Shown: positions 49,670-59,891, counted from the first letter of the stretch. The stretch is DNA of 64,000 nucleotides from Nitrospina sp. (GCA_018653085.1 JABIAY010000060.1:2240-66239), one strand, 5' to 3'. The notes: generated from the sequence alone by a model not told the origin. Made by a program: numbers and translations.

Positions 49670-50497
49670 TTACCAGTCGTTCCCCTGATAGGCGGATTTT
49701 GTTTTCCCGGCCTGCATGCGGCTGATGCTTTTTAAATCTTCGGTGAGTCTTTCCAGCATCCGTTCGGCTTCTTTCTCGGAGATTTCAACTTCTTCGGTTC
49801 CCGACTCTCCAGCTTGCTCTGAATTTTCGGAACCGTCTTCTTCAGAGTCCGAATTTTCGGGTGGGGGTGGCTGGTTCTCAGATTGTTGGCCTTTGTCTTG
49901 CTCCTGATCTTCTCCCGGTTCTTTTTTGGAATCAGAATCCTTGTCTTCGTTTTTCTGTTTGCCCTGATCGGAATCCTGTTTTTGATCTTCTTTCTTTTTT
50001 AATTGCTCGCGGACATACTCCAGGTTGAATTTGGCATCCATATCTTCAGGGTCGAGCCGCAGGACTTCTTTATAGGCGGACTCGGCTTCTTTCAGTTTTC
50101 CAAGTTTTACCAGGGTGTTGCCGGTGTTGTAGATCGCATTTTTCCTGATGTTCGGATTCTTTTCGTCCGATGACGGCTGGGTAAAGGCTTGAAGTGCTTC
50201 CGGAAAACGCCCTTCCTTATAGTGGGCATTTCCCTGATTATAGGTTATGCGTGAATCGTCAGGGCGATCTGTGCGAGCTGAGGAGAAACTCTGTCCGGCA
50301 TCCTTGAATTTTCCTTCATGATACTGGGTGATGCCTTCTTGAATTTTGGAATCCACCGATTCCGCAAACCCGGTCAAGGGCAGGGCGATCAGCCAAACAA
50401 GGAGGGTTGTAGCTTGAAGAGCCCAAGCTGAAATTTTAGAAACTGGAGTGTTCCCGGCTCCAGGGAGCCGGGAACGTTCCAAATTGAAAGGCTTCAA
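49670..50497 (-). CDS. batC: BatC-like TPR protein
   Basis: YNQGNAHY, YNTGN, DAKFNLE, Q/E/D-rich tail ending in DW; start uncertain. Confidence 0.8.
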   Translation of the reverse strand: MKPFNLERSRLPGAGNTPVSKISAWALQATTLLVWLIALPLTGFAESVDSKIQEGITQYHEGKFKDAGQSFSSARTDRPDDSRITYNQGNAHYKEGRFPEALQAFTQPSSDEKNPNIRKNAIYNTGNTLVKLGKLKEAESAYKEVLRLDPEDMDAKFNLEYVREQLKKKEDQKQDSDQGKQKNEDKDSDSKKEPGEDQEQDKGQQSENQPPPPENSDSEEDGSENSEQAGESGTEEVEISEKEAERMLERLTEDLKSISRMQAGKTKSAYQGNDW

Positions 50498-50498
50498 C

Positions 50499-51200
50499 TT
50501 ATCTTCTGTCTCCCATCAGCCTCAGAAGCATGAGGAATAGGTTGATGAAGTCCAGATACAGGGTTAGAGCTCCACGGATGGCTTCTTTGGTATCTTCATC
50601 GGTGCCTTCATTGCCAATAATATTCATCTCTTTGATCTTTTGCGTATCGTAGGCGGTCAGGCCCACAAAGATGAGTACCCCGGCATAGGTGATGATCGTA
50701 TGCATCATGCTACTTTGCATGAACATATTCACCACGGAAGCAATGATGATTCCGATAAGCCCCATGAACAGAAAACTGCCCCAGGAAGTCAGGTCTTTTT
50801 TCGTTGTATAACCGTACAGGCTCATAGCACCAAAAGTACCTGCCGTGACCATGAACGTGGAGGTAATGGATGATGCGGTATACACCACAAAAATAGCAGA
50901 GAAAGTGATGCCGGTGAGACCTGCATAAAGCATGAAAACACCGGTCGCCTGACTCACGCTCATTTGCATGACTCTTGACGCCAGCCAGAAAACCAGCCCG
51001 ATCTGAACAACGATAAGAACAATTGGCATGATGGGATTGCCAAAAATGATGTTCATAATCGTTGGGTTGTTGGAAATATAAAAGGCCATGAAACCGGTTA
51101 TTGCCAGTCCGGCAGTCATCCAGTTATAGACACGCACCATGAACCGCTGTTGCTCTGCGGCATGGGCATCCACGCTCATGGTTCTAGATGATTCTTGCAT
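50499..51200 (-). CDS. Bax inhibitor-1/YccA family membrane protein
   Basis: VYNWM, YGYTTKKDL, AYDTQKIK, ALTLYLDFINLF. Confidence 0.93.
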   Translation of the reverse strand: MQESSRTMSVDAHAAEQQRFMVRVYNWMTAGLAITGFMAFYISNNPTIMNIIFGNPIMPIVLIVVQIGLVFWLASRVMQMSVSQATGVFMLYAGLTGITFSAIFVVYTASSITSTFMVTAGTFGAMSLYGYTTKKDLTSWGSFLFMGLIGIIIASVVNMFMQSSMMHTIITYAGVLIFVGLTAYDTQKIKEMNIIGNEGTDEDTKEAIRGALTLYLDFINLFLMLLRLMGDRR

Positions 51201-51357
51201 TATTTTTTCCTTTCGTAATGATTGAAACGGGTGCCGTTTATGCCGGCTACTAATTGAAATAAGATTGCGAACACAGGTTGTCAAGTTGAGAGCAACCAGA
51301 AACCGTATTGAATCTATTGGTATTTTACCAAAATTGGAGAGGGGAGTGCAGGTTAAA

Positions 51358-52365
51358 TTATGGGTCGGGCAAGGGCTTTTTTTCAGCCAAACAGGCCTCT
51401 ATGGTCAGGCAGAGCAATGCCGCAAAAATGAACCATTGGAAACGCTCTTGCCAGATTTTACGACGCTCTGATTTCAGCTCCCTTTTTTCGATATGTTTTT
51501 TAATTTGATCCCTATAAATGGTCTTCAGGTCGATATCTCCGGTGACGGAGCGGACGTAACTGCCTCCAGTTGCCAGGGCTATCTTTTGCAATGTTGTCTC
51601 GTCCAGTTTTGAGAGGATGACCTCTCCTTGCTGGTTTTTCCTGAATCCGCCAGCTGTAGATGGATTAGGCAAGGGGGCACCCATTTCTCCCCCGATTCCG
51701 ATGGTATATATTTTTACGCCCTTGTCTTTTGCCGCTTTTGCGGCTGAGAGGGCTTTTCCTGTTTGATCTTCCCCGTCCGTTATCAAAATCAGGGCTTTGG
51801 ATTTTTTATCCTGAGTGCGAAACGCTTTAACGGCGGTATTGATGGCGTTGCCGATGGCGGTTCCCTGTACGGGAATCAATTCTGTGTCAATGGCGGAAAG
51901 AAATATTCTGGCGGCACTATAATCAAGAGTCAGAGGACACTGGACGAAGGAGGTTCCGGCAAAGGCGATGAGTCCGATTCGGTCCCCGTCCATCATATTA
52001 AGAAGATCGGAGATTTTTCGTTTGGCCCTCTCAAGCCGATTGGGTTTGATGTCTTCTGCCAGCATGCTGTTGGAAACATCCAACGCAACGATGACATCGA
52101 CCCCACGCTGATGCAGGTCTTCCCAATGGTAGCCCCAGCGTGGGCGAGTGACTGCCAGCAAGAGGAACAAGATGGCTAGGAAAATGAAAATGGTTTGGGT
52201 GCGATGCCGCTCTTTCAATCCCGGATTCACCAGCCTGGAAAGCAAAGGGGTACTGCAAAATTTGATGGTGAGTTGCTGTTTCTTTTTCATGCCCCATAGC
52301 ATGAAAATGATTAAGGGGATCAGACTCCATAATAAATGAAAGTAAGTGGGCTCACCAAATCGCAT
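51358..52365 (-). CDS. batB: VWA protein BatB
   Basis: RPRWG, DVSNSM MIDAS, PNRLERAK, PLTLDY, TDGED. Confidence 0.88.
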   Translation of the reverse strand: MRFGEPTYFHLLWSLIPLIIFMLWGMKKKQQLTIKFCSTPLLSRLVNPGLKERHRTQTIFIFLAILFLLLAVTRPRWGYHWEDLHQRGVDVIVALDVSNSMLAEDIKPNRLERAKRKISDLLNMMDGDRIGLIAFAGTSFVQCPLTLDYSAARIFLSAIDTELIPVQGTAIGNAINTAVKAFRTQDKKSKALILITDGEDQTGKALSAAKAAKDKGVKIYTIGIGGEMGAPLPNPSTAGGFRKNQQGEVILSKLDETTLQKIALATGGSYVRSVTGDIDLKTIYRDQIKKHIEKRELKSERRKIWQERFQWFIFAALLCLTIEACLAEKKPLPDP

Positions 52366-52368
52366 GAT

Positions 52369-53361
52369 TTAAGGAATCCTCCGTAAAATGGAATTGGAAA
52401 GGCCGATTTCCAGTAAAAGAAGCAGGAGTCCCGGTATCAGAAAATAATAAAAAAGCTCCTTGTATTCCGAATGGTCGATCACTTTGACTTCCGATTTTTC
52501 CATTTCATCTATCTGATTGTAAATATTTTTTAAGGACTCCAGATCAGTAGCGCGGAAATATTCGCCGCCGGTAACCTGAGCTATTTTTTTAAGCGTAGTC
52601 TCATCGATATCTACTGCCTGATAGACGTAGCGTTGGCCGAAAACAGAGTTGACCAAAAAAGGCGCTTTGCCTTTGGTGCCTACACCAATGGTGTAGATTT
52701 TTATGCCAAAGGTTTTGGCCGTCTGGGCGGCTTGCAGGGGGGGCAGGGACCCCGCGTTGCTCCTGCCATCGGTCAACAGAATGATGACTTTGGATTCTGA
52801 CTTCAGATCTTTGAGCCGTTTTACCGCGATACCTATTGCGGAACCAATGGCTGTGGAGTCGCCTGCCATGCCAATCTCCAGCTTGCTGAGAAAGGATTGC
52901 AGGATGCCCTGGTCGAGAGTCAATGGACACTGGGTGTAGGCATGTTCCCCAAATACCACCATGCCAAGCCGGTCGTTGGGCCGATTATCGATAAATTTGG
53001 AGACGACTCCTTTTACTACAGCGAGCCGGGTGATGCGTTTTTCATCTTCAATAAAGTCCAGCGCCCGCATACTTCCCGAGGTATCCAATGCCAGCATGAT
53101 GTCGACCCCGACAGAAAGGATTTCTGTGCTCTTGTGTCCTTCCTGCGGACGAGCCAGGGCAAGGATTAAAAGAGCCAGTGCCAGAAAGCGAATCATAAGG
53201 GGAAGTCCGGCATAAAGATCGACCCTGGATGGGCGCAAGGCTTTCAGGGCAACGATAGATGAAAAATGCACGGTTGCTCTCTTCCTGTTTTGCAGGGTGA
53301 GCAGGGGCAGACCTAATAGGAATAACAATAGCCAGGGATCTTGAAATTGAAAAAAACTCAT
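52369..53361 (-). CDS. batA: VWA protein BatA
   Basis: LARPQ, DTSGSM MIDAS, TAIGSA, LTDG, IDEMEKS. Confidence 0.9.
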   Translation of the reverse strand: MSFFQFQDPWLLLFLLGLPLLTLQNRKRATVHFSSIVALKALRPSRVDLYAGLPLMIRFLALALLILALARPQEGHKSTEILSVGVDIMLALDTSGSMRALDFIEDEKRITRLAVVKGVVSKFIDNRPNDRLGMVVFGEHAYTQCPLTLDQGILQSFLSKLEIGMAGDSTAIGSAIGIAVKRLKDLKSESKVIILLTDGRSNAGSLPPLQAAQTAKTFGIKIYTIGVGTKGKAPFLVNSVFGQRYVYQAVDIDETTLKKIAQVTGGEYFRATDLESLKNIYNQIDEMEKSEVKVIDHSEYKELFYYFLIPGLLLLLLEIGLSNSILRRIP

Positions 53362-54344
53362 GATTGGTTTGGGGCCTGGGAGACGGGCTCGGTTGCCGTC
53401 TGAATAAAGCTAATGATAGATTGCATTTCGTCCCGTCCTTCTGTCTGTTCGGCTTTGGCAAACTTGATACGGTCGGTTTGAGTCAGGATGGTCCGGGCCT
53501 GCTGTTTTAAGTTTTCACTGAGCTTGGGAAAATGTTTGAAATGGGCCGTGATTTCTTCTGTGGTCCATTCCTGTGCCGGAAACAGGTATCGGTTTTCCAG
53601 GTACCGGCGAAAGATTTCCGACAACTCAAAAAAATGATCCTGAATGCGTCCGATTTCCAGCCATCCTTTAGTTTTGAGTGCCGCAAGCTCTTTGTACGCC
53701 AACTCCTCTGGAGTTAAGGCAGGACGCGCGGCGGAGCTAACTTGCTCGGTGGGCCGGGATTTCCACCTGCGCCAAAGAAAATAGAACAATCCTAAAAGCG
53801 CGAGCACTGCCAGGGCCATCCACAAGTAATGAATCCAGGGAGGAGAAATTTCTTCTAGCGGTTTGATATCGTGAATTCCTTCCGGATTTCCAGCTACGGC
53901 TAGAAGAGACTGCACTTCCAGGGTTGTCTCCGGGGCCAGAATGGTTCCCTGAATGATTTTGCCGGATTCTTTTGGATCGGGTGCGTCAAAGGAAACAGCG
54001 GTGGCAGGAAGTATCAACGCGCCAATGTCGTCTACCCGAAATTTATACCAGTACTCATGCACGGTTTGCCCGTTGATTGCCTGAGGCGGATTCCCCCCCT
54101 TTTCGACAAACTCCAAACCTTTTGGCGGCATGACCTCAGGGGCGGCAGGGTGGATATCGGCATCATGCTGAACGGTAATGGTGTAGGTTGCTATATCTCC
54201 AAGAGTGAAAGTGTCGGGAGTGACGCGGGGGGTGACGGAAACCGGGGCTTCGCCAGCACTAGCAAACAGAGTAGAAAAAAGTAAAAGGACGAAAAGCGGA
54301 AAAACTCCTATCGAGAACTTTGCCCGAAATTTTACATTTTTCAT
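53358..54344 (-). CDS. Bat-operon membrane protein (BatD-like/DUF4381-like)
   Basis: HDIKP, TM helix, RRYLE.RY, TTEE, D.IKFA; ATGA overlaps with both neighbours. Confidence 0.78.
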   Translation of the reverse strand: MKNVKFRAKFSIGVFPLFVLLLFSTLFASAGEAPVSVTPRVTPDTFTLGDIATYTITVQHDADIHPAAPEVMPPKGLEFVEKGGNPPQAINGQTVHEYWYKFRVDDIGALILPATAVSFDAPDPKESGKIIQGTILAPETTLEVQSLLAVAGNPEGIHDIKPLEEISPPWIHYLWMALAVLALLGLFYFLWRRWKSRPTEQVSSAARPALTPEELAYKELAALKTKGWLEIGRIQDHFFELSEIFRRYLENRYLFPAQEWTTEEITAHFKHFPKLSENLKQQARTILTQTDRIKFAKAEQTEGRDEMQSIISFIQTATEPVSQAPNQS

Positions 54345-54805
54345 TGGCCGGAAATTGTGTTTTTTGCCAGGCATGCATCGATGAGTGGGGTCAGGGCTTT
54401 TCCTGCCCCTGAAATTTCTGCCCCTGCCGCTTCTGCCCGAAACAACCAGACCAGGGCTTCCTGGCAGTTGCCGAGGTCGGCATATAAATGCCCCACAGTT
54501 TGCGCCGCTTTTGCCCTTTCTGCTGTGCCTGTTTTTTGCATCTGCCATACCTGGATAAACTGGTCGATAGCCTGCTCTTTTAAGCCGGCATTCATCAGGC
54601 GTGTTCCCACCTCTTCATATTCACTGCTCAGTTCATTTGACAGGGATTTCTGAACAGCCGACACTTTTTTGGGAGCTTGTTTGTTTATGAACTTGTTGAA
54701 CAAGGCCATAAAAGCAAAAAAGATCAATGCTGTAAGGATAATGACAGCGGCTTTCAGCTTTTTGCTGACCCCATCGGTTGGGATTAACTTTGGATCTTCG
54801 CTCAT
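54341..54805 (-). CDS. membrane-anchored TPR-like protein
   Basis: N-terminal TM plus TPR-like helices; tightly packed in the operon. Confidence 0.7.
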   Translation of the reverse strand: MSEDPKLIPTDGVSKKLKAAVIILTALIFFAFMALFNKFINKQAPKKVSAVQKSLSNELSSEYEEVGTRLMNAGLKEQAIDQFIQVWQMQKTGTAERAKAAQTVGHLYADLGNCQEALVWLFRAEAAGAEISGAGKALTPLIDACLAKNTISGQ

Positions 54806-54806
54806 A

Positions 54807-55757
54807 TTAATGTTTTTTCTCCCGCATTTTAAAATAACGGATGATGGGTTCTGTTAAGGACCGGTTTGTGTGAATTTCGATGGTATCAATACCTATGGAA
54901 TGGAAATAAGTTTTTCGTTTTTCTCTTTTTTCCTGAAACTGTCTGGCGTATTGCCGGGTCATCGCACTATCGCTGGTGTCCACCACCAGGGTTTCTCCTG
55001 ATTCCGCATCTTCAAGTTGAATCAAGCCGACATTGGGCAGGGTTTCCTCTCGCTGATCGGTAATGCTGATAGCGACAAGATCATGTTTTTGTTTTGCCAG
55101 TCTCAGTTTTGTTTCATAATTGTCATCTTTGTTGTTTTGAAAATCGGAAATTAAAAAGGTGGTGGCCTTTCGTTTCTGAATATTTAAAAGATATTCGAGT
55201 GGCAGGGAAAGGTTGGTGCCTTTTCCTTCTGGTTTGAAATTAAGAATCGTACGGATGATATTCCAGATATGAGCTTTGCCTTTTTTAGGCGGTATGGTGT
55301 GCTCGATTTTGTCCGAGAACACGATCAACCCGATCTTGTCGTTGTTTTTGATGGCAACGAAAGCGAGGATAGATGCGATCTCGGCAGAAACTTCGTTTTT
55401 AAGTTTCCCGGCGGAACCGAATTCGCCAGAAGAGCTCACGTCCACCAGAAGCATGAGAGTTAATTCCCGTTCTTCCTTGAACTCTTTAATGAAGGGTTGG
55501 TCCATCCTGGCGGTTACGTTCCAGTCAATCAACCGGACATCGTCTCCGGGTTGGTATTCTCTCACCTCGCTGAACTCCATTCCCCGTCCCTTAAATGCAG
55601 AGACGTATTCCCCTGCCATAATGTCGTTGACCAGATAATTGGTCTTTACCTGAATGGCCTTGATACGGTGCAATAGTTCAGGGGACAGGTTTTTATCCTG
55701 CTCAGGCGTTGGAACCGGCTCCTGAAACCAATCCTTAATTGTTTGAGTGATTGTCAT
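54807..55757 (-). CDS. DUF58 domain protein
   Basis: GRGMEFSEVREYQPGDDVRLIDWNVTAR, EEREL, DVSSS. Confidence 0.93.
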   Translation of the reverse strand: MTITQTIKDWFQEPVPTPEQDKNLSPELLHRIKAIQVKTNYLVNDIMAGEYVSAFKGRGMEFSEVREYQPGDDVRLIDWNVTARMDQPFIKEFKEERELTLMLLVDVSSSGEFGSAGKLKNEVSAEIASILAFVAIKNNDKIGLIVFSDKIEHTIPPKKGKAHIWNIIRTILNFKPEGKGTNLSLPLEYLLNIQKRKATTFLISDFQNNKDDNYETKLRLAKQKHDLVAISITDQREETLPNVGLIQLEDAESGETLVVDTSDSAMTRQYARQFQEKREKRKTYFHSIGIDTIEIHTNRSLTEPIIRYFKMREKKH

Positions 55758-55765
55758 AGCTATAT

Positions 55766-56758
55766 TTAAGGGACCTCAAGCGTGTCGAAAATTTTCTTGA
55801 GAATATCATCCGCCGTGACATTCTCAGCCTCGGCCTCATAGGTAAGGATGATCCGGTGTCTCAGCACGTCGAGGCCAATACTTTTAATATCATGTGGGAC
55901 GACATAACCCCGGCCTTGCAAAAAGGCATAGGCCTTTGCGCACCGATTCAAAAATATGGATGCCCGTGGGGACGCGCCGTACTGGATCATTCCTTTCAGG
56001 GTAGATATCTGCTGGCCTGCCGGGTCGCGTGTTGCCTGAACCAGGTTGATGATATAGTCTTGCAGGTTTTCATCGATATATATTTCATCGAATACTTTCC
56101 TCGCCTGCAAAATTTCTGTCGGGGAAACCACCTGCTTGACCTGATAAGCAGTATTGGTGGTAGACATTCTTTGCATGATAGTTTTTTCTTCTTCCCGGGT
56201 CGGGTAATCGATATGAAGTTTAAACATGAACCTATCCACCTGAGCTTCCGGTAAGGGGTAGGTGCCCTCCTGTTCAATTGGGTTTTGAGTGGCAATCACC
56301 ATGAACGGTTCTTCGAGTTTGAAGGTTGTGCCGGCAATGGTGATCTGTCTTTCCTGCATGGCCTCAAGCAGAGCACTTTGAACTTTGGCAGGCGCCCGGT
56401 TGATTTCATCTGCAAGGATGATGTTGGCAAAAAGAGGCCCTTTTTTAATAGTAAACTCACCGGATTTGGGTTGATATATCTGGGTTCCCAATAGATCGGC
56501 GGGTAACAGGGCGGGGGGAAACTGAATACGCTTGAAATCAGCTTTTACGGATTGGGCCAGGGTTTTTACCGCAGTAGTTTTGGCAAGCCCCGGCACTCCC
56601 TCCAAAAGAATATGTTCCCCGGTCAACAGTCCCAGTATCAAGCGCTCGGTCAGATATTTTTGCCCTACAATAACTTGCTCCAACTCATGAAAAAGAGGGG
56701 GGATAAATCCATTGGCCTGCTTGATGCGTTCTGTAATTTCATCGATCTTTTGTGGCAT
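55766..56758 (-). CDS. moxR: MoxR-family AAA+ ATPase
   Basis: GVPGLAKT, ADEINRAPAKVQSALLEAMQE, ATQNPIEQEGTYPLPEAQ.DRF. Confidence 0.95.
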   Translation of the reverse strand: MPQKIDEITERIKQANGFIPPLFHELEQVIVGQKYLTERLILGLLTGEHILLEGVPGLAKTTAVKTLAQSVKADFKRIQFPPALLPADLLGTQIYQPKSGEFTIKKGPLFANIILADEINRAPAKVQSALLEAMQERQITIAGTTFKLEEPFMVIATQNPIEQEGTYPLPEAQVDRFMFKLHIDYPTREEEKTIMQRMSTTNTAYQVKQVVSPTEILQARKVFDEIYIDENLQDYIINLVQATRDPAGQQISTLKGMIQYGASPRASIFLNRCAKAYAFLQGRGYVVPHDIKSIGLDVLRHRIILTYEAEAENVTADDILKKIFDTLEVP

Positions 56759-57065
56759 TTTGAAAAACCTTTGGGTGAAGTTGACGTGATTATAATGGGG
56801 GACAGTGTTCTCTCATGCAGCTTTGAAAATATAATTTAATTTCCTAAATAATGATATTAATAATTTTTAATTTTTCAAAGAGCCCCCTGTTTACTCAGGC
56901 ATTTCCCCCACATCAATAGCTCGATGTTTTCCCGGACTTTGAAGAAATACTGTAAATTTGGGCCAATGGAGGGGGAAATTGGATTTTAAGCTTTACAAGT
57001 ATGGATACTGCCTTAAAATAGCGGATTACTCTTAATATACCGATTTTTGTGTGGAGCGTGTGAGA

Positions 57066-57974
57066 ATGGCTGAAAAGGAAGTCAAAGATATCGACAGCCT
57101 CATTGACCAGGGACTGAATGATGAGAACAACGAACTGGATCTGAGGGAAAAGGAACTGGATGATGAGGACTTGATAAAAGTTCTGGAGTCCGACAAGGTT
57201 AAAGGCGTTACCGCCATGTTTTTGGAGTTTAACGATATTGGCGATGAGGGCCTCAAGGCTTTGGTGGAAAGCGATAAAATGAAGTTTTTGACAGCTTTGA
57301 ACCTGTTTAAAAACAAAGTGACCGATGAAGGTGTTCAGGCTTTAGCCAAGTCCAAAAACATGCTCAATCTTTCCGAGTTGATATTGAGCGATAATGAAAT
57401 CACCCATGAAGGTGCCAAAATGGTGGCGACATCCAATATTTTGGGGAGCCTGGTATCCCTGTGGATGGGAGACAAAATTGGGGATGAAGGCGTGAAGGCA
57501 CTGGCGACTTCTGAAACGCTCACCCGGATTACACAACTTTCTTTATATAGAAACAATATTGGCAATGAAGGCGCACTTGCGATTGCTCAATCCAAAAACC
57601 TGAGCAACTTGACGGAATTGAACTTGAACTGGAACTACATTGAAGGGGAAGGGGTGGAGGCGTTGGCTGGATCAGCGACTTTGAGCAACCTGGAGCAATT
57701 GACCCTGACTTTTAATCCAGTAGGACTTCGAGGTGCTGAAGCCATTGCAGGTTCTGAGAATTTTAGAAACCTCACCTTGATTGATTTGTATGAGACGGAT
57801 CTGGGTAATAGGGGTGCCAGGGCCTTGGCCGAATCAACGAGCCTTCCTAATCTTGAAACACTGGTTTTAATCCATAATGACGTAGGCGATGAGGTGCAGG
57901 CCTTGTTCAAGGATAATAAAAATTTCCCCAAAATGAAGGATGTTTATTTTTTCACGGCCAAAGCCGAAGTTTGA
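57066..57974 (+). CDS. RNI-like leucine-rich repeat protein
   Basis: About nine 28-aa repeats LxxLxLxxNxIGDEGxxALA. Confidence 0.9.
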   Translation: MAEKEVKDIDSLIDQGLNDENNELDLREKELDDEDLIKVLESDKVKGVTAMFLEFNDIGDEGLKALVESDKMKFLTALNLFKNKVTDEGVQALAKSKNMLNLSELILSDNEITHEGAKMVATSNILGSLVSLWMGDKIGDEGVKALATSETLTRITQLSLYRNNIGNEGALAIAQSKNLSNLTELNLNWNYIEGEGVEALAGSATLSNLEQLTLTFNPVGLRGAEAIAGSENFRNLTLIDLYETDLGNRGARALAESTSLPNLETLVLIHNDVGDEVQALFKDNKNFPKMKDVYFFTAKAEV

Positions 57975-57996
57975 TTTGGCAAAGGCTTGACGGATC

Positions 57997-58034
57997 AGGG
58001 TTCCCGGTTTAGACCGGGAACCCTTTCTTTTTTT
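57997..58034 (+). terminator. intrinsic terminator
   Basis: AGGGTTCCCGGT-TTAG-ACCGGGAACCCT-TTCTTTTTT. Confidence 0.85.
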
Positions 58035-58069
58035 GTAGAATTTTCCCTCATAACAGGTAGGCTTGCAAT

Positions 58070-58906
58070 ATGTTTACAGGTGAAAAACCAGATCTGCTGG
58101 ATATCATGCCTTTCAGGCAGGACAGCGTTTACGTGGTGGGCAAGGATGGCATTCCCCAGCACTGGGATGGGCAGGAGTGGTTGCCGGTTAGAACTGAGAA
58201 TACCAACCCGCTGATGGGTATTTGGGGGCCGCATGAACAATGCATTTATGCTGTGGGTATTGGCGGTGTCGTCCTTTTTTACAATGGTCAGGAATGGAAC
58301 CGGTTGGATACGGGTAGTTACGATTCGCTCAACTCCGCATATGGCTTTGATGAAAATAGCGTGTTTCTTTATGGTGTCGGCGGCCGCATGCTTTACTGGA
58401 ATGGTGAGAAATGGGACTACCGGGAACCCAACACCATTCATGATTTGTTCGGCATGTGGGGCGAGGACGTCGAGCATATTCACACAGTAGGCGGTGAAGG
58501 GGTTTATCGGTTTTATGATGGCAAAGAATTCCAGCGTCGTGATGAGTTGACCGATGAAGAAATTTCTCTGTTCGGCGTTTGGGGTACCGGCAATGACAAT
58601 ATTTATATTTGCGGTTCCCACGGTACGATTTTGCACTATGACGGAACGGACTGGAAACCCATGCAGTCGGGGACCGAAGAATATCTCTTGAGCATATGGG
58701 GAACCTCAGATGAAAATATTTTTGTGGTCGGAGACAATTCCGCCATGCTTCACTATGACGGTAACAAATGGTCTCCCATTCAGTCCCCTAAGGAAGAGTA
58801 TTTGACAAAAGTCAAAGGACTTGGGCCGGATCAGGTATACGCAGTCGGTGAAAACGGCACGGTGCTTAAATATGACGGCAAAGAGTGGAGCGATATGTCG
58901 ATATGA
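58070..58906 (+). CDS. beta-propeller repeat protein 1
   Basis: About seven 40-aa repeats L.GIWG....IYAVG..G.ILHYDG..W. Confidence 0.85.
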   Translation: MFTGEKPDLLDIMPFRQDSVYVVGKDGIPQHWDGQEWLPVRTENTNPLMGIWGPHEQCIYAVGIGGVVLFYNGQEWNRLDTGSYDSLNSAYGFDENSVFLYGVGGRMLYWNGEKWDYREPNTIHDLFGMWGEDVEHIHTVGGEGVYRFYDGKEFQRRDELTDEEISLFGVWGTGNDNIYICGSHGTILHYDGTDWKPMQSGTEEYLLSIWGTSDENIFVVGDNSAMLHYDGNKWSPIQSPKEEYLTKVKGLGPDQVYAVGENGTVLKYDGKEWSDMSI

Positions 58907-58931
58907 TTTTTAAATACCCTGGAGAACGATT

Positions 58932-59762
58932 ATGTCTGCTTTGACCGACAGCCACCTCTTGTCTATTTTTGGATTTAACGAAAACGATATTTTTGTCGGA
59001 GGTGCCGAGGGAACCCTGTTGCATTACGATGGCAGTCAATGGTCTCCCATGGAAACAGGAGGACGTTGGACCTTCAAGGATATCTGGGGCAGTGCGCCGG
59101 ATAACGTTTATGCGGTGGTGACTGACGGAAGAATCTTGCATTACGATGGCAAAACCTGGACGCCGGAAGATACGGAAAAACTTCCGCCCATGACGGGTAT
59201 CTTTGGACTTGGTCCCGATGAAATCTATGCCTGTTCCAGGCTGGGTAAAATCCTTCGCTACGATGGCAGTTCCTGGAAATTCACTCAGACGGGAACCGAT
59301 ACGGATGTAACCCGGTTATGGGGCTGTAAAGAAGGTGGCATTATTGCCGTCGGTTACGATGGTCTTGTTCTCAAGCAGGATGGAGAACGCTGGACTCGTA
59401 TGACTTTTAACTCCAACGCGGAGTTTTACGGTATATATGGGTTTGGTCCGGATCAGATATATATAGTAGGGTCTGATGGTGCCATATTCAAATTCAATGG
59501 GGTCGAGTTGACTGAAATGCCTTCTCAGACCATGGAGTTTTTCCTTGATGTCTGGGGGCCTTCCTCAGAAATGGTTTTTGCCATAGGCGATGAAGGTATG
59601 ATTCTTTATCTCGATGGCGATCAATGGACCCGGATAGAATCCAACACGAAAGAATATCTCACCGGCATCTGGGGTACCAGCGATGAAAATATTTATGTCG
59701 TCGGCGACAACGGACTGATCCTGCGCTGGAACGGTGAAGACTGGAAAGCCGTAGAAGGTTGA
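58932..59762 (+). CDS. beta-propeller repeat protein 2 (paralog)
   Basis: Same repeat as the upstream gene, about seven copies. Confidence 0.85.
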   Translation: MSALTDSHLLSIFGFNENDIFVGGAEGTLLHYDGSQWSPMETGGRWTFKDIWGSAPDNVYAVVTDGRILHYDGKTWTPEDTEKLPPMTGIFGLGPDEIYACSRLGKILRYDGSSWKFTQTGTDTDVTRLWGCKEGGIIAVGYDGLVLKQDGERWTRMTFNSNAEFYGIYGFGPDQIYIVGSDGAIFKFNGVELTEMPSQTMEFFLDVWGPSSEMVFAIGDEGMILYLDGDQWTRIESNTKEYLTGIWGTSDENIYVVGDNGLILRWNGEDWKAVEG

Positions 59763-59790
59763 CCCACCCTTAAAGCCCTTACCTAAAGGC

Positions 59791-59820
59791 TTGACACCGG
59801 CTTTGGCGTGATGTTAAGGT
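59791..59820 (+). promoter_or_regulatory. sigma70 promoter for the trp operon
   Basis: TTGACA-18 nt-TAAGGT with an extended TG; an IHF-consensus match (reverse complement TATCAAGCACTTA) lies at 59829-59841. Confidence 0.55.
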
Positions 59821-59891
59821 CTGGTTTCTAAGTGCTTGATATTAAATCCTATAATCGTTTTCTTTGTAAAAATTAGCTCGACAAACTAGTT

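Noticed and set aside
59763-59891. trp attenuator or leader peptide
   Set aside because: No Trp-codon-rich short ORF or terminator/antiterminator pair seen
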